DNA from: a virus
Lineage: Duplodnaviria; Caudoviricetes
Virus record (IMG/VR): IMGVR_UViG_3300037467_000583
Coordinates: 25,342-89,341 of that record
Length of the DNA: 64,000 nt
Strand: one strand, 5' to 3'
Positions 43,361-51,790 of the stretch are shown here, piece after piece. The first letter of the stretch is position 1; each line of letters opens with the position of its first letter. The notes under the pieces are model-generated. The model did no database searches. It worked only from the letters and a program-made list of their open reading frames with translations, and was not told the DNA's origin. The position numbers and the translations under genes were made by a program.

Positions 43361-44381
43361 TCATTTCTGCAACAGATAAAATTCTTAAGAAAGTGCTTGC
43401 AAAGCTTAAAAATCTTAGCTACACTGTCTCTACTCGATCAACAAACACAGAGCCAAACATGAAACTCTCTTCCTTCTGCTACGTCGCTCTTTCCTTACTC
43501 TGCATGATTGCCACTCTTCCGGCATTCTTCGCAGGGTTTAAATTGGCTGTAGCTATGGAGCCATTCATGAGCAACAGTATTGTTGTGATGCCTCTTCCTA
43601 TGCTGGTGTGCATCATCTGTGCTGTGTTCTTCCAATTCCGCGCTGAGAATAACTTGTAATTAATTAGGGGCTAACATGCACAAATCTCTTTTCTTCGTAA
43701 TCCTCATGGTTGTGGTGCTGGTAGTCTCCGCCCCTTGGGCTGCTATTATTTCCTGAAAGGTAATATCATGTACATCACAATGCTTAAAAACCAACGTGTC
43801 ACTTTCGTCTCTGACGTAATTCAGGCACGAGCAAACAGCCCATTCAAAGAATATCGCAATCCTTTAAATGGCTGCTACATTGTACATGATACGTCTAAGC
43901 CGGAAGGGCAACGCACTGTAGCGGCAGGATTGAGCAAGGAAGAAGCGGAAGCTTGTGTTATGTACAAGGCTAACCAATGGATTTATAACAACGTGCAGAA
44001 AGGCAACTGACATGAAAACTCTTCTTACTACATTCAACGACGGCGACTGTCCAGTGATGCTGTACCAAACTAGTAAGTACAAATATATGGTTGTGTATGG
44101 TGCACAAGAATACAAAGGTTTGGACTGGCAGAAAGCAGCAGAAGAATATGGCTATTGCATGTTCCACTCTCTGGAATGTGCCGGTAAGATTGAATGAGGA
44201 GACAACTAACATGCAAACATTCGACAAGCTGCACAATTTCCTATTCCTCTTGTTCATCATTCTTATGACAGTAGGATTTATTGGGTTGCCTTTTGCTGTT
44301 TGGTGGGATTTTCATGTAGCAGGAATTGTTTAACTTTCGTTAAACTAATCCTCTAAACAACATCCCTAACGGAGACATTAC

Positions 44382-44531
44382 ATGTCACTCGCCTACAATG
44401 TAGGATATAACGCAAGATTGTACGGCTATGCTAAGCTGAAAGATTGTCCTTACATGAAAGGGACATTCTGCTACACAGATTGGTGTTACGGTTGGAAGAT
44501 GTGTAACGATTGTGTGTGCAAAGGGGAATGA
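44382..44531 (+). CDS. Rmf-like 49-aa protein (absent from the ORF track)
   Basis: Hand translation MSLAYNVGYNARLYGYAKLKDCPYMKGTFCYTDWCYGWKMCNDCVCKGE; GGAG SD. Confidence 0.55.
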   Translation: MSLAYNVGYNARLYGYAKLKDCPYMKGTFCYTDWCYGWKMCNDCVCKGE

Positions 44532-45240
44532 TTATGTATGCAATTCAATGGTATGACAACATAAGTAAAACATGGCTTTTTTGCAGCACTAAAGGCCAGC
44601 TTGAGATTTACCATGCATTTGATAGAGCTATTGAAAGCTGCGATAAGTGGAAGCAAGGTAGCTTAGACAATGATTGTGTGGACGAATATAGGGTTGTTAG
44701 TGTTGTTGTACAGGAGAAATCATAATGGCTAAGAAAGATAGTGTTCAAAGGCTTGAGGCTAAGATGTAGTCTGCTACGCATCCTGCCTGTTTCGCTTGCG
44801 CTCAACAGTTGAATTGCTTGGTGCTATAAAACTCTTGACGTGCTTAGAAAGCTTGTGTACACTAGACTTATTCGATTAACAAACACAGAGGGGGGAACAT
44901 CATGCAACAGCTTAAAGATTGGCAACTTCGTTGGTACAACTTTTCAGGAGATGAATTCTCCGACATGTACACCGAAGAAGAAGCTAACATTCTGTTTGAG
45001 AATCGTAAGATGACTAGCACTCAGGTTGAGATTATTTCTCCTTACGGCAACTGGTTTACTGTCTGGAATCGCAAGCTTGATAAACACTTTGATTGCTGGA
45101 AATAATATTATAGGGCATCCATGCGGGTCTACTAGCTAGGGGAGACTTCTAGAAGTCTCTGAGGATTATCTCTATAAACCTAGCTGGAGGTGAAGGTTGG
45201 AATCCTTCAATGCCCACCAAACACAACAAGAAAGCCTAAC

Positions 45241-45633
45241 ATGAAACTCATTTCCCTCTGCCTCTTGTGTATCGTGCTAATGTCTAGCTCTGTAGCATAC
45301 AGCGAGTCTTATGCACAGAGTCATCCCATGAATGGCCTACAGGTTAAGATGGAATATTGCATTGATATGCAACGTTATGAGAACATGCCTATGCAAGATG
45401 TTGGTTGCAAAGTGGGACATGGGAATGGTAAACGAGGTGTGCAACAGGACGTAGTGAGGCAACTAGTTGCACGCATAAACATTTACAAGAATAGCTACGA
45501 ATACATGCAACTTGTAAGTAAAGATGGCCTTACTATGGTTTTCCATGATCCCGCCCTAGGATCGAAAAGCACTGCCCGAGTATGGCAAGACCGATACGGA
45601 AAGATTTATACAATCTTTGAACGTGACGAGTGA
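45241..45633 (+). CDS. Secreted protein with signal peptide
   Basis: MKLISLCLLCIVLMSSSVAYS. Confidence 0.65.
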   Translation: MKLISLCLLCIVLMSSSVAYSESYAQSHPMNGLQVKMEYCIDMQRYENMPMQDVGCKVGHGNGKRGVQQDVVRQLVARINIYKNSYEYMQLVSKDGLTMVFHDPALGSKSTARVWQDRYGKIYTIFERDE

Positions 45634-46815
45634 TTAACAGATAAAATCTTCTGCAAAGGCAACTACATCATTGTACAAATAGTGATACGTTGCCTCTTTC
45701 CTGAATCCTGCGATATCTTGTTTATTAAGCGGGAATTGCTGTTTAACCGCGTTTTCTAGTTCTGGTGCTTTCTGTCCAGACATATCAAACAATTCAATCT
45801 CAGCTATAACAAAACCTTTTTTAGCAAGATTATTTTTGTGCTGAGAAAGTCTTGTCGTTGGTTTGTTGGTTATGCCATATCCAGTGAATTCCGACTCATC
45901 AGATACCGCACGGATGACGTAAAAGTATCCATCTTTGCTTTTGTCATAGCCTCCGGGTGATCCACAAAAACATGGTTTGAAACCTGCAACTAGGCTTGAA
46001 AGGTTAGTTCTGAATTCTTGTCCATCTTTGCTACAAGTGGGGCATGTAAGATACCATGTGTTGCTCTCATCTCTTGTTCTACGCAGAGTTGTACCTTTTT
46101 CATATGCTCCGTAAGATAAAAGTTTTTCAGCATATACATCATCGTCTATCCTGTTCGATTCGCCGCAAGCAATACGGCCACACTTAAAACATGCTGTATC
46201 TCTAGTAAACCTCTGGTACTTTCTGGACCACTCATGACCGTCAATATCGCACTTGAAACGAAGCATAGTCTTAAATCCGGCATATTGCCCCTCAAACCCT
46301 AAGAATTTAAATGTCTTACCCTCTGTATATCTCGTTGCTATAATCTTCATTTGTTGTTCGTTTGGTTTGTATATTGGAGCACAACCACACGGAATATCCC
46401 TGTTTGTTATTTGCTCTCTTGACATTGTAAAACACCCATCTCCGAACATTTCAGAGTCTTTTGAACACTCGTGACACTTTACGCTATAGAGCTTTCCAGC
46501 AGACTTTTTAGCATCTTGCACGCATACTAGTACTTCTAACCTCTCATCAGGACCAAACCTATAGCCGGTAATATCTGTAGCCTTAATACTGGAGACAGAT
46601 ACACCAGCGTATTTGGTTGCATTTCTAGCATAGAAGCATTCCCTACAACCCCTGCCTTTATAGTGCTTATTAGTGGTTTGTTCAAATGTACCATGCACAG
46701 GGCATGTTATACTGACTTTGCTTGTGCTGTGCTGGAAGTCCGCATTCTCGTAACTGTAGTATCCATTATGAGCATCATAACAACGCTGCCTCATTTCATC
46801 TGCTGTTTGTCTCAT
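45634..46815 (-). CDS. Zn-finger repeat + GIY-YIG-like endonuclease (cassette copy 4)
   Basis: CPVHGTFEQ module; CHECSKDSEMFG...PCGC; GGYDKSKDGYFYVI...GYGITNKPTTRLSQH; antisense to neighbours. Confidence 0.8.
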   Translation of the reverse strand: MRQTADEMRQRCYDAHNGYYSYENADFQHSTSKVSITCPVHGTFEQTTNKHYKGRGCRECFYARNATKYAGVSVSSIKATDITGYRFGPDERLEVLVCVQDAKKSAGKLYSVKCHECSKDSEMFGDGCFTMSREQITNRDIPCGCAPIYKPNEQQMKIIATRYTEGKTFKFLGFEGQYAGFKTMLRFKCDIDGHEWSRKYQRFTRDTACFKCGRIACGESNRIDDDVYAEKLLSYGAYEKGTTLRRTRDESNTWYLTCPTCSKDGQEFRTNLSSLVAGFKPCFCGSPGGYDKSKDGYFYVIRAVSDESEFTGYGITNKPTTRLSQHKNNLAKKGFVIAEIELFDMSGQKAPELENAVKQQFPLNKQDIAGFRKEATYHYLYNDVVAFAEDFIC

Positions 46816-47003
46816 TGCTTACCATCCTTAGTATCAATCTTCGCCATCACATAAAGTTTGTACGCTTGTGTAATCTTGTCGTGCATATCTACATCATCTT
46901 TATAGTAACGCCTAGTGTGGCTTACCACTTGCCGACTAGACGAAAGAAAATGCTTCGCAATCTCTTCTGCTGAAGCTTCTTTGTAGTTGAATTGTTGTGC
47001 CAT
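46812..47003 (-). CDS. Small partner protein of cassette 4
   Basis: FNYKEASAEEIA...RRYY...MHDKITQAYK; ATGA overlap. Confidence 0.75.
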   Translation of the reverse strand: MAQQFNYKEASAEEIAKHFLSSSRQVVSHTRRYYKDDVDMHDKITQAYKLYVMAKIDTKDGKQ

Positions 47004-47035
47004 TTGTTTAACCTAACGTAGTTATCGACTCCTTA

Positions 47036-47064
47036 ATTATATATCAAGTCTTGTCATCTGTCAA
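47036..47064 (-). promoter_or_regulatory. Consensus sigma70 promoter, cassette 4
   Basis: TTGACA-gatgacaagacttgata(17)-TATAAT. Confidence 0.9.
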
Positions 47065-47359
47065 GATTGTGTATCTTTAAGAATCTTAGAAAAATGCTTG
47101 ACATGGCATATCCAAGTGCCATACAATGGCTTTAACATCAACAACAGCAGGAAATGACATCATGAATAAGCAACCTACAGGTAGTGTGAAGCTACACACT
47201 GTAAAAGTGATGTTTAACCAATGGGGGCAATTATGTTTGCTTCGTAGGTACGTCACGAGTGCTAGACACTGCCGAGCAATGGAGGGCTCAGGATTGGCTA
47301 GATGAGCAGGTAGCAAAGGGTTGCAAAGTGTCGGATAAGAGTTATTTAAAGGAACAGCC

Positions 47360-47725
47360 ATGAACAAAATCATCCTCTCTATCGCTATTGCATTCTCTCT
47401 TATGGGTTGTGGTGCTGCATCTAGTGACAACACCCCTATGATGGATTCTAGCATGTCTCAACAGGCACAAGACCAACATTCGTTTGTTGTGGCTTACAAT
47501 GGCACTACAGGCATGGTAGAAGGCTATGGGAACGCAAGCGAAGATGCAGCATATGACGCTGTAGCATGGATGGCAAGCAATGTGTGGAAAGCTGGCACAC
47601 AAGCATACAGAGACATGTTGACGGACAAAGGGCTAAATGTTGTGTTGTACGAGGGAAAGAAAGTATTTAAGGCGAATGTGATGTTGACTAGGCAAGGGGT
47701 TGTGATCGATGTAAAAAGCGCTTGA
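47360..47725 (+). CDS. Lipoprotein
   Basis: MNKIILSIAIAFSLMG-C lipobox. Confidence 0.75.
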   Translation: MNKIILSIAIAFSLMGCGAASSDNTPMMDSSMSQQAQDQHSFVVAYNGTTGMVEGYGNASEDAAYDAVAWMASNVWKAGTQAYRDMLTDKGLNVVLYEGKKVFKANVMLTRQGVVIDVKSA

Positions 47726-47939
47726 CGTGTTTGTTTTAAGTGCGTTACAGTGATGGTTCCTGTAGCGCATGTGTGTTGATAGGCTAATCCACCCCTGCCT
47801 GTTATGTTTGTATAAAAGCAATAAGAAAATAAATCGGTGTTTTCGCAAATAGTGCTTTACAAGCTTAGAGTGCTTAGGTATAGTGTGTTCATTGGATGAA
47901 CTTACTACATCGGATGCAAACATACACAAGGGGCTTAAA

Positions 47940-48410
47940 ATGAACACTGTAGAATTCCTCAAAGAAGCGCAACTTATCGTCACTGGCAAACACTCTGCAT
48001 ATCGTGCTTTCTCCGACCGTATCAACAACTATGAAACGTTCATTTGGACCTTTGCAAAGGACAATCCAAAACAGGCTCTTGCTATTGCAGACGAAATCTA
48101 TGCAGACATCAATGCCGCTGTAGAAGCTGGTAACATGACTCCTCATCGTACCGAACAGACTGCACTGTTGCTCAAGCGTACGGCAGAGAAGTATGCAGTA
48201 AAGAAAGAATCGAACAATGCAGAGCAGACCACTGTAGAGCGTACCTATTTGACACCTGAACAGCAAGCTGTTGTGGAATCTCGCATTGCAAGAGGTTATC
48301 AGTACGACAAAAAGAAGAATGGTAATTATGTTGTGTGGAAAGGGAAACATATTATGGAAATCAACTGTTTGGGGTATGATTGCCACATTGCTAACTGGCA
48401 GAGGCCATGA
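47940..48410 (+). CDS. Hypothetical early protein
   Basis: Start MNTVEF downstream of the 47856 promoter. Confidence 0.65.
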   Translation: MNTVEFLKEAQLIVTGKHSAYRAFSDRINNYETFIWTFAKDNPKQALAIADEIYADINAAVEAGNMTPHRTEQTALLLKRTAEKYAVKKESNNAEQTTVERTYLTPEQQAVVESRIARGYQYDKKKNGNYVVWKGKHIMEINCLGYDCHIANWQRP

Positions 48411-48602
48411 TGGATGATTGGAAATCAGTGTTGGATGGCATGCCCAGTGCTGACGACGCGGACCCTATAGGAGATGTTCTGTTCCTTCGAAGTGGTGTTG
48501 CCATACTAGGTAGACTTGCACAAGGGATACCAATTGACGCAACTCATTGGAGGCACACTAGACGGTACGATTATAGTGAGCACATTAAAGATACGACGTA
48601 GA

Positions 48603-48630
48603 AGGGGCCGCTTTCGCGGCTCTTTTCTTT
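48603..48630 (+). terminator. Intrinsic terminator ending the early region
   Basis: GGGGCCGC-TTTC-GCGGCTCT followed by TTTCTTTT. Confidence 0.75.
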
Positions 48631-48647
48631 TGTACAGAGCTAAAAAG

Positions 48648-48711
48648 TTATCCACAATAGCAGGCTTACAGTAGTCTACTTATCCCCAAGTTATCCACAT
48701 TGTTATCCACA
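48648..48711 (+). promoter_or_regulatory. Cluster of four co-oriented DnaA boxes
   Basis: TTATCCACA at 48648, 48691, 48703; TTATCCCCA at 48680. Confidence 0.85.
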
Positions 48712-48889
48712 AGCTATTATTGGGGACAGAGTGGTCAAGCAAAAACCCGTTTGTGTTCGGTAATCGCACAACCTTGGGCACCGACGAGGGGTATTATCGT
48801 GACGCATCACATTCATAACCAATGAGTTATGTATTGCCAAAGTGCTATCTAGTACAGTGTGTACACACAGACAGGCGTGCTAGGTGCGT

Positions 48890-49155
48890 GAGAGGGCATC
48901 CCGCAGCAGCAGGACAGGGGCAACAGAGGGCCAGTGATGGCGAGATGGGGTGAAGCTACAGAGGGACGGAGAAAGGGGGCGCTGAGGGCCTGTATTCGCG
49001 TCAGAGGGGCATTTGTGAGGGTGGGATTGTGTGAGGGATGAGCAGGCGTGCGACGGAGCGTTAGCCTTTGGAGTAGTGTAAACGGCCCCTCTTCCAGCAG
49101 ACCTAACGAACGTATAGCCTTTGGAGCAGTCCAGACAGATATTTTAGAGGGCAGA
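48890..49155 (+). repeat. G-skewed non-coding tract with eight GAGGG motifs
   Basis: GAGGG at 48892, 48926, 48961, 48984, 49004, 49017, 49033, 49147. Confidence 0.7.
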
Positions 49156-49360
49156 GAAGGGGTGTTTTCGGCACTCGTCGGCCCTATTAAGCAACGCAAC
49201 TGCCTCAGTAGACTCCTGACCGAAACCCCTCATAAAATTGAAAATCACCTCAACAGATATATTTTCAACAACTATTTCTATATTCCAACAAAAGTAAGCT
49301 GATTGAAATTTTAATTTTTCTGAAAATTTCGCTTGTAAACTCGTACTCCAAAGGCTATAC
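49062..49360. repeat. Three copies of TAGCCTTTGGAG (candidate resolvase sites)
   Basis: Direct copies 49062-49075 and 49112-49126; inverted copy 49344-49360 overlapping the -10 of TTGTAA-N17-TATACT. Confidence 0.7.
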
Positions 49361-49396
49361 TTCTCTCATCAGTTCAATATTCAGCAAGGAGAAACT

Positions 49397-50074
49397 ATGA
49401 AGAAGCTTATGATCGGTGTGGTTCGTGTCTCGACAGAACGTCAAACTTCTGCACGCAACGGTATCGAAGCACAGGTATCCGAAATCGAAGCCTTTGCAGC
49501 GGCGAATGGGTATGAGTTGCTTGAGATTGTAGAAGAGAGTGTGAGCGGTAAGCACGATCTTAAAAACCGGCCTGTACTGAAGGCAGCAATCCAGAAGTGC
49601 TTGAAGTTGAAGGCTACGCTGTGTGTCTCCAAACTAGACCGCCTCAGCCGTCGTGCAGCCTTCATCATGACGCTTATGGAGACGAAGCTTAAGTTTGTAG
49701 TAGCAGAGTATGGAGAAGAGGTTTCTCCTATGATGATTCACTTTGCATGCGTGGTTGGTGAGGCTGAGCGCCATGCTATTGGTTCCCGTACAAAAGTGGC
49801 TTTGCAGGCGAAGAAACGTAGGGAGCCTGACTGGACTCCCGGTAATCCTACCAATCTCAAAGAGGCTGGAGCCAAAGGTGCTGCCGCAACATCTAAAGTT
49901 GCAAATATGTTTGCTGAGCGCCTTCGCCCCAACCTCCAACGTATGAGGGCAAGTGGAATGACGCTTTATGAGATTGCTAAAGAATTTAATGAAAACGAGG
50001 TTGCTACTGCGCGGGGTGGGATGTGGACGGTTCAGTCTGTGTCGAATGTTGTTCGTCGCTTACAGATTTCTTGA
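49397..50074 (+). CDS. Serine recombinase (resolvase/invertase type)
   Basis: VRVSTERQ catalytic Ser, RPVL, KLDRLSR, E-helix ERHAIGSRTKVAL; C-terminal EIAKEFN...TARGGMW HTH. Confidence 0.92.
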   Translation: MKKLMIGVVRVSTERQTSARNGIEAQVSEIEAFAAANGYELLEIVEESVSGKHDLKNRPVLKAAIQKCLKLKATLCVSKLDRLSRRAAFIMTLMETKLKFVVAEYGEEVSPMMIHFACVVGEAERHAIGSRTKVALQAKKRREPDWTPGNPTNLKEAGAKGAAATSKVANMFAERLRPNLQRMRASGMTLYEIAKEFNENEVATARGGMWTVQSVSNVVRRLQIS

Positions 50075-50561
50075 TGTATTGTAAGCTACCCAACATTGTT
50101 TTGTCTCTGAAAGGTACACCAAGAGTGTCAAAAATATTGGCAACAGACTTGGCGTACCAATCCCCTCCACGTTGAGTTTTCACACCTTCTTTGTTGAGGG
50201 TTTCTGCTATCGTATTTACTGACATAAGCTGGTTCCTAAGTTCAATCAGTTTGTCGATGATAGACTCGGCATATTCAATTTTTAATTTCTCCAAAGCTTC
50301 AGCGGAAAGCTTCATTACTTTCGCGTGATCTACCGTACAACCGGGTGTTCCAAATCCCCACGTCTTTCCTTCTGCCCTTGCTCTTGCCATTCCGGTCTTC
50401 ACCAATTCATTATGATCGTCCCGCCTTTTGTTGTAACCTCCATGTACGCGTGAATGGCACCCTCCGCATAGAGGAATAGTCTTCGTGCCGCCAAGGGCAC
50501 GGGGGATTACGTGATGATCTTCAGTTGCAGGTTTTCCACACTCAAAACATTCTTTGCTCAC
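50004..50561 (-). CDS. HNH domain fused to a serine-recombinase-like arm and DNA-binding domain
   Basis: GTG start; CFEC...DHHVIP...LCGGCHSRVH; VKTGMARARAEGKTWG; TIAETLNKEGVKTQRGGDW. Confidence 0.75.
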   Translation of the reverse strand: MSKECFECGKPATEDHHVIPRALGGTKTIPLCGGCHSRVHGGYNKRRDDHNELVKTGMARARAEGKTWGFGTPGCTVDHAKVMKLSAEALEKLKIEYAESIIDKLIELRNQLMSVNTIAETLNKEGVKTQRGGDWYAKSVANIFDTLGVPFRDKTMLGSLQYIKKSVSDEQHSTQTEPSTSHPAQ

Positions 50562-50628
50562 TATCTCTTCTCCATAAAAGAAAAAGGGCGCACAAAGCGC
50601 CCTCGTAAGGTTATTACCCAATTTGTTA

Positions 50629-50850
50629 TTAAAGCGCCCTCACCTTCGCCAGAGCTTCCTCCAGAATCGCAATAGCCTGCACCTTCGTGCCATCCACCGC
50701 CAGTCCCTCCCCCTTCTCCACACCCATCAGTTCCTTTGCAACCCAAGCTTTAGAGCAGCCGAGTGCAACGGATATTTGTTTGTGCGAGTAACCTTGCTCC
50801 CGCAGTGCTAGTGCCTCTTCCCTGCTAAATTTTTTAACGTTTGCCATCAA
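50629..50850 (-). CDS. Small HTH DNA-binding protein
   Basis: ALALREQGYSHKQISVALGCSKAWV. Confidence 0.75.
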   Translation of the reverse strand: MMANVKKFSREEALALREQGYSHKQISVALGCSKAWVAKELMGVEKGEGLAVDGTKVQAIAILEEALAKVRAL

Positions 50851-50889
50851 TCTTCCTTATTTATCTGCATATTTATATGCTACATACTA

Positions 50890-50918
50890 ATTATAACATT
50901 ATTATGATATCTTGTCAA
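50890..50918 (-). promoter_or_regulatory. Consensus sigma70 promoter
   Basis: TTGACA-agatatcataataatgt(17)-TATAAT. Confidence 0.9.
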
Positions 50919-51790
50919 ATTTGCGCACACAAACAAAAGCCCGCCAACAATTGCTGTCAGCGAGCCTGTGAGCATCAGTCAAATCTGAGAAACTGTTTAG
51001 CGTCGTTCCACCCCTCTTGATACCCTTTGTTGAAAATTTCATCGTAAGCGTCGTTTAAACGTTCAAGCGCAAGCCTTTCAATCTCAGCCTTCAACTTCTC
51101 AACAATCGCAAGATGGTCTTCCACCAACATGAACTTACCTTCTACGTCGTGCTCAAGGTATTCACTCTCGTATCTAACATAATACCGATCAAAATCACTC
51201 ATCGACCATCCTCCAACCCAGCTTCATAACCTTCTCCCCACCCATCCTCGTACCCATTTGTGTAATCAGATTCAAGGCTATTAATCACTCCAAGAAGCTC
51301 GTTTACATGATCTTCATAATCCTCATAGCGGACATACCTGCCATAAGAAAGAGGAAGCTCTCCGTGTTCATTCACGTTGTATCTTATAATGTATTTGTCG
51401 TTAGTCATCGCACACCTCCGACAGGAGGTGCAACCCCTCCCACAAACGTAATCGTGAATGGTGCCCAATGTAATGCTGCCCAAAACACTACTACTGCTAA
51501 GATCAGAGGGATGAATGCTCCGCTCATATCATTCATGAACATCCCTGCAAAGAACAGCACTCCAGCAGCGTAAATTAAGAACAGTCCAATAAGTACAAGA
51601 AAAATAAATCCAATAATAGCCATCACAACCCCCTTAACAATAAATCTCAATCAACATCTGCCCAATCATATACCCCATGATCAGCCCGATAACGTAAATA
51701 TTCATACATCCGCCATATCAGGAAGAATGCCAATGCCGACGAGCAGCATGATAAGAACTAGGATAACAGCGTAGAAAAAATCGTTCAGTT

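Larger units (their letters stand above)
31749..48601 (+). other. Early/host-takeover-type region: many short plus-strand ORFs behind repeated sigma70 promoters
   Basis: Promoter-like -35/-10 pairs starting at 31749, 33764, 36468, 37365, 40488, 41538, 43397, 44835, 47098, 47722, 47856; short ORFs with GGAG/GAGG SD. Confidence 0.75.

Noticed and set aside
48849-49302. ORFs in the G-rich junction (48849-49199 minus, 49048-49302 plus)
   Set aside because: Low-complexity translations of a repeat tract with no SD.
49397-50074. Integrase or IS607-type transposase call for the serine recombinase
   Set aside because: At 225 aa it lacks the large-integrase Zn ribbon and coiled coil, has no N-terminal HTH as in IS607 TnpA, and no TnpB is adjacent.
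50004-50561. IscB/Cas9-like RNA-guided nuclease
   Set aside because: Only HNH is present; no RuvC segments, bridge helix or PLMP motif, and it is too short.
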